Source: the human T2T-CHM13v2.0 reference genome, Homo sapiens. From it: a DNA stretch of 64,000 bases. The stretch lies in assembly GCF_009914755.1 (NCBI RefSeq), contig NC_060928.1; one strand, 5' to 3'. Shown one piece after another: positions 57,490 through 64,000 of this stretch; within the stretch, counting starts at the first letter, position 1, and each line of letters begins with the position of its first letter. The position numbers and the translations under genes were made by a program. The notes beneath the pieces were generated by a model, which ran no database searches, had not been told where the DNA came from, and was given only the letters and a program-made list of their open reading frames with translations.

Positions 57490-58011
57490 CAACAGTCCCC
57501 AAACATTTTTGACACCAGGGACTGTTTTCATGGAATACAATTTTTTCCACGGACTGAGAGTGGGGAATAGTTTTGGGATAATTGAAATGTGTTACATTTA
57601 TTGTGCATTTTATTTCTATTATTACATTGTAATATATAATGAAATAATTACACACCTCACCATAATGTAGAATCACTGGGAGCCTTGAGCTGCATTGAAA
57701 CAGTCCCATCTGGGGGTGATGGGAGACAGTGACAGATCATCAAGCATTAGATTCTCATAAGGGGCACATAACCTAGATCCTTTGCATATGCAATTTACAA
57801 TAGCATTTGTGCTCCTGTGAGAATCTAATGCTACCACTGATCTGACAGTGGGTGGAGCTCAGGTCGTAATGCAAGCAACAGGGAGTGGCTGTAAATACAG
57901 ATGGAGATTCTTTCATTCCCCTACTGCTCACCTCCTGCTGTGCAACCTGGTTCCTAACAGGCCACAGACCAGTACCATGAGGTGACCTGTTAGCAGGGGT
58001 CCCCAACCCTG
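57490..58011 (-). mobile_element. MER1A (hAT-Charlie3 MITE)
   Basis: About 520 bp; gcattagattctcataagg...gagaatctaatgc, ctcacctcctgctgtgc; perfect 8-bp TSD ctaacagg (57482-57489 / 58012-58019). Confidence 0.92.
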
Positions 58012-59209
58012 CTAACAGGTATGCTGTGACATCTCTTTGTAATTTTGGTTGGTATTTCCCCAATGATTAGTGATGTTTAACATCTTTTCATATGCTGGAG
58101 GGCTATTTATATATTTTCTTTGGAAAAATGTCTATTTAAATCCTTTGCCCATTTTTAAAAGGGTTATTTGAAGTTTTTGTTTTCCTTTTGATATTGAGTT
58201 GTATTGAATGCCTAACGTTTGGATTTTAACATTTTATCAGATATATGGTTTACAAATATTTTCTTCTATTTCTTAGCCTGTCTTTTAATTTTGTCTATAG
58301 TTTCCTTTGCAACACAGAAGCTTTTTACAGTGATGCACTCTCACTTGTTTATTTTTGCTTTTATTGCCAGAGCTTTCAATATCTTATCCAAGAAGTTATT
58401 ACCCAGACCAATGTCAAGGAGCATTTTCCCCACTTTTATCCTTGGAGCTTTATGGTTTCAGATCTTACATTTAAGTCTTTAATCAGTGTTAAGTTAATTT
58501 TTATAAAAGGTGCAACATAAGGGTACAATTTCATTCTTTTGATGTGGATATCCAGTTTTTCTAACACCATTTACACACTGAAGAGACTGTCCTTTCCTAA
58601 TTGTATATTCTTGGCACCACTGTCAAATGTTAGTTGACTGTACATGTGTGAACTTATTTCTGGATTACCTATTTCATTCTCTTTAATTTTTTGGAAGACT
58701 TTGATAAGAATTGGTATAAATTATTCTTTAAATGCTTTATACAGTAACCTGTGAGGCCATCTGGTCCTGGAGTTTTCTTTGTTGGGAGATTTTTGTCTAC
58801 GGATTTAATCTCCTTACTCATTATGAGTCTGTTCAGATTTTCTGTTTCTTCATAATTCAGGCTTGGTAAGTTGCAGGTATCTAGAAATGTATCTGTTTCT
58901 TCTAAGCTTTCCAATTTGTTGGAGTATAACTGTTCACAGTAGTGTTCTATGTGGTATTGGTTGCAGTGCCTCCTTTTCATTTATAATTTTGTTTGAGCCC
59001 TCTCTTTTTTTTCTTGGTTACTCTGCCTAAAGGTTCATCAATTTTGTTTATCTTTTTAAAAAACCAACCTTTAGTTTTGTTCATTTTTTACACTGTTTTT
59101 CTAGTTTCTATTTTATTTATTTTTTCTCTGATCTTTATTTTTTTCTTTCTGCTAACATTGGGTTTAATTTGCTTTCTTTTCCTAGTTTCCTGAGGTGTAG
59201 GCTTAGGCT

Positions 59210-59452
59210 TTATTTTCTTTTCTTTTCTCTTTTCTTTTTTCTTTTCTTTTCTTTCCAGACAAGGTCTCACTCTGTCACTGTGTTACTCAGGCTAGAGTGC
59301 AGTGGTGCAATCCTAGCTCACTGCCACCTTGATCTTCTGGACTCAGGCAATCCTCCTGCATAGCTGGAACTACAAGTACATGCTACCACACCTAGCTAGT
59401 TTTTAAAATTTAATTTTAGGAGAAATGAGGTTTTGCTATGTTCCCCAGGCTG
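59210..59452 (-). mobile_element. AluJ, truncated
   Basis: (CTTTT)n tail, right arm and part of left arm, ending at ctatgttccccaggctg. Confidence 0.88.
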
Positions 59453-61005
59453 TGCAGGTATTCATCATAAACTTACCTCTTAGGGGAAGTATGTAGTAAA
59501 GTACTGTTGCTGCATGCCATAAGTTTTTATATGTTGTGGTTCCATTTCATTTGTTTCAAAGTCCTTGATTTCCCTTTTGATTTCTTCTTTGATTAATTGG
59601 TTGTTTAGGGGTGTATTGTTTAATTTCCACATTTTTGTAAATTTTCCAAAATGCTTCCTGTTATTGACTTTTAGTTTTATAACATTGTGTTTAAAAAAGA
59701 TATTAGGTATGATTTCAATTTTGTTAAATTTGTTAAGAATTGTTTTGTGACCTAACATATAATCTGCTGGCCATTTGTTGAAAATAGGTTATTGTAGTTC
59801 CCTAGTATTATTGATTAAAGTCTGTCTCTCCCTTCAGATCTATTAATATTTGCTTTATACATTTAGGTGCTCTCATGTTGAGTGCATATTTATTTACAAT
59901 TGTTATATCCTCTTGATGAATTGGTTCCTTTATCATTATGTAGTCTCTTTTTGTCTCCTGTGACAGATTTTGACTGAAGTATTTTGTCTGATATAAGTAT
60001 AGTCACATATGCTCTCTTTTGGTTATCATTTGCATGGGATCTCTTTTTCAATCCTTCTTGCAGCCTATTTGTGTCCTTCAGACTAATGCGAATCTCTTGT
60101 AGGGAGAATATTGTCAAATTTTTTTTCAATCCATTCAGCTCTGCTATGTCTTTCGATTGGATAATTTAATCTATTTATATTTAAAGTAATTATTGACAGA
60201 TAATGATTTATTACTGCTATTTTGTAATTATTTCTTGGTTCTTTTGTCATTTCTTTGTTTCCTTATTTCTCTCTTCCTGTGTTCCTTTGTGATTGGATGA
60301 TTTTCTATAGTGACTTTTTTTATTTTTAAAATTTTATCTTTTAGGTATTATAGGTTTTTTTTGTGGTTACCATGAAGCTTATATAAAACATTTTATAACA
60401 GATTATTTTAAGTGGATAACAACTTAATATCTATTGCATAGAAAACCCTAATCTTTTACTCCCCCTCGTTTTTGTGTTATTGATGTCACAATTTACATAT
60501 TTTGGTATTGTATATCCCTTAACAAACTACTGTAGTTATTACTTTTAATGCTTTGTTTTTAAACTTATGTTCTAGAGTTAAAATAATTTACACATTACCC
60601 AAATAGTACTAGGATTTTCTAATTTGACTATGTATTCACCTTTACCCGTGATTTTATACTTTCTGATGTTTTATGGTTTTACTTAGCATTCTTTCATTCA
60701 ACTTGAAGAACGCTCTTTAGCATTTCTTCTAAGTTAAGTCTACTGAAGATGAACTCCCTCAGCTTCTGTTTGTTTTGGAATCTCTCCTTCATTTCTAAAG
60801 AACAGCTTTTTTTGGTATAGTATTCTTAGTTGGCAACTTTTTCGTTTTGCACTTTGAATACATTATCTTACTCTCTCCTGGCTTGAAAGTTTTTTCTGAG
60901 AAGCCTGGTGATAGTCTAAAATTCCCTTGTATGTGATAAGTCGCTCTCTTTTTTTTTATACTGCCTTAAAGATTCTCTCTTTGTCTTTGACTTTTGACAA
61001 TTTGA

Positions 61006-61317
<312 letters not shown>

Positions 61318-64000
61318 ACAGTGTGACTTTTTAAGTTGATCTTTCTTAGGATCCTTGAAGCTCAGTAAATCAGAATGTCCATATCCCTCCTACATTTTGG
61401 AAAGTTTTTATCCATTATTTCTTTAAATAAGTTCTTTGCCTCTTCTCTCTCTTCTCCTTTGGGGAATTCCATAATTCATATATTTATTTACTTTAAGGTG
61501 CTCATAGGTCCCTCATTCTTCCCTTTTTTTTCCTTTTTTTTAACCCTATAACTGGTTAATTTCAAATAAATTGTCTTCAAGTTTGCTGACTCTTTTTTTC
61601 TGCATAACTGAGTCTGCAGTTCTCTGTTGTACTTTTCAGTTCTGTCATCATATTTCTCAGCTCCAAGATTTGTGGGTTTTTTTTAATGAGTTCAGTTTTT
61701 TTATTCAACTTCTCCTTTGTTCATGTATTGTTTTCCTGATTTCATTTAGTTGCCTATCTGTGTTCTTTTGCATTTCACTGAACTTTTTTTCAGAATTATT
61801 ATTTTGGATTTTTTTTAATCAGGCATTCATAGAGATACATTTCTTTATGGTCCATTACTGATTTCCTTGGGTAGTGTCATAATTTCCTTGTTATTCATTT
61901 TTTGGGAAGCCTTGATTTGGTGTCTGTGTATTTGAAAAGGCAAGCAACTGCCCCCAGAACCAAGCATGCTGATCTTTGTCACTTAGGAGATCCTGAAATG
62001 GCCCTACAGACTGATTTCACAGCAAAAGACTTTCTTCTCTTCAGTCTCCATACTGATGAAATAGCCTTCAGGATCACAGTCAAGTGTGATTGGAGGTCAG
62101 TCATGTGGCTGCTTTTGGGTTCACAGTGGAGTCTGCTATTTTGGGGGCTTTTACTAGATGTGTAGATAAGAGTGTCTCCCTCCAGGTCCCTGGGAGGACA
62201 GCTGTTCTACCACTAGGTGGGTCCCTGGTCAAGTAAGACTGGTGCTGGACTGAGACTCAGAGGGGCTGCAGCTAAAGTATAGGGCTGCTTCAGGATCTAC
62301 AGCCAAGATAAAAATCTTTAGGCTTGCATCTGGGGCTACAAATGAGCATCCTCCCCTGCCTGATTCCAGACGGGGGAGGACTGCCTATGGACTGCATCTG
62401 GGAGAGAATGGAGTTGGGTTGCAGGGCTACTTCAAGATCAGCACTGGGTTTGAAGTCAGTGAATTTGCCTTTGGGGGCATGTTTGGGCATGTCTCCTTCT
62501 TGGTCCCTGCGCAGGCAACACTTCTCTCAGAATGCAACTGAAAAGGGCTACAACTAAGTTACAAGGTCATTTCAGAATCTCCTGTGTGACGAAGATCAGC
62601 ATGCCTGGTTCTGGGGGGCACAAGCAAGTGTTTCTCCTGGCAGAACTCATAAACAGGACTGCTCTTAGCCTACAGCTTACACGGGCTGCTTCAGCATTCA
62701 TAGCCAGTGAAGTTTGTGGTCCTGCCACCCAAGGCATGTGATTCTTTTTAAGTCGCTTGGCAGATACTTCTAATAGCAGGACCAAGGCCTAATGGGGCTG
62801 TAGCTGAGTTTACAGTGGTACAAAGCTGTTTTCAGATTTGGAACCAGAACCACAGTTGCTGAGTGTGACACCTGGGTGCAGGCCTTCCCTCTCAAAATGG
62901 CCTTCCTCTGTCTTGGGCTCTTGGGCTTCACCAATGTTTTTCAACCATCTAAGTGGTCCCAAAGCTCCCACAAAGGCAATTTTGTCTATGAATTGTTGTC
63001 AAATCTTGTTGCTCTTGGGTGATGTAAGCAGGGGATCTCCTATTCCACCACCTTGCTAAAGTCACTCCCATTAAGTAATTTTATATAAACTTTTTGTTCC
63101 TTATATTTATGACACTTGGATATTCTTCTCTCCTTGCTTATCTTTTTCTCTCTTTCTGGTTTAATAACCATAAGAATTGCTAGTCTCACGAGCCATTGTA
63201 TACTATTTTCACTCTCACCATAGTTTTCTCCTGAGTTTTAAATCTACCGATCTGCCAGTTTCTTTGTCTTTTCCCTCAATTTTTTTTTCCATATGATTTA
63301 TATGGCTCAATTTCCTCAAGTTTATGCTCCCATTTTATTATGTGGACAAAGCTATAGAAATTTTATGAGCAATTTTATGAAGAAAAATCTTGAGTCATTA
63401 GGTAATTTCTTATTTGCCTGCTACCTGACAGCATTAATAGCTTCAGCACATGGTGAATGCCTGTTTTTCTCCCAAAACTGTTGTGGGAAAAAAAAAATAA
63501 ATGGCATCAGGAAATGACTGAAATTCATAGTAAGAGTTTTTAATGCATTTTCTAAGAATTTGAACCTCAGCTCTGCATTCTTTATGTATTTCTTTGAAAG
63601 ATATCAACTTATTTTTTTATGTAAAAATTTGGAATGAAATGTTATTTAAGTGAAAATTTCCAAGCTCAGTCAGTATATGCAGGGTATATATATGCAATAT
63701 ATACCCATTATAGGTTATATTAATGTAACTTACCCATTTCTCACTAATATGCCATTACTTTTTTGTATTATGCCAGTATCTTACTTTCTCTGATTCCTAG
63801 AACTTGCCGTGGTCTTTTTCCCTTTATCACATGGTAGCATAACTGAAAGTAAATATTTTTCCCTGCCAATCACAGACACATAAACTCCATGAATATTGAA
63901 TTCATTTTGTCCACTCTCCTAAATAAGGCAAAAGAAAAAAAAAAGAGATTTCAGGTATATTTGGTGGGAATAATAAAGGTATTCACTTTGCATTTATTAT

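Noticed and set aside
63682-63706. 10-bp hairpin gggtatatat...atatataccc
   Set aside because: Mostly self-complementary TA dinucleotides, so low information content.

Overview
AT-rich, CpG-poor non-coding DNA from a catarrhine primate, probably human or another ape (AluY/S/J, L1PA, HERV-H/LTR7, THE1/MST, MER1A are all present). I find no convincing cellular protein-coding exon, RNA gene or CpG island; the only ORFs with recognisable products are retroelement remnants (L1 ORF2, HERV-H gag MA). Main elements: a 1.6-kb doubly deleted HERV-H provirus with intact 5-bp TSD and a Phe-like primer-binding site (24665-26262); an ancient L1 with both ends but no ORF1/ORF2 body (42709-45110); a 5'-truncated L1PA without TSD (45291-47823); and a nearly full-length ancient L1MA with TSD and nested insertions (56206-63068). 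Structure not explained by repeats: a 94-nt pre-miRNA-shaped hairpin (48617-48710), a patchwork of inverted templated insertions inside an MLT2 LTR (35665-35890), a fold-back rewrite of a MER1A terminus, a 98-bp non-tandem local duplication, and several perfect 12-14 bp hairpins suggesting repeated template-switch mutagenesis. I cannot support a claim of a new biological system. Repeat family and subfamily names come from recalled consensus sequences and need RepeatMasker/Dfam confirmation; boundaries of old repeats are approximate.
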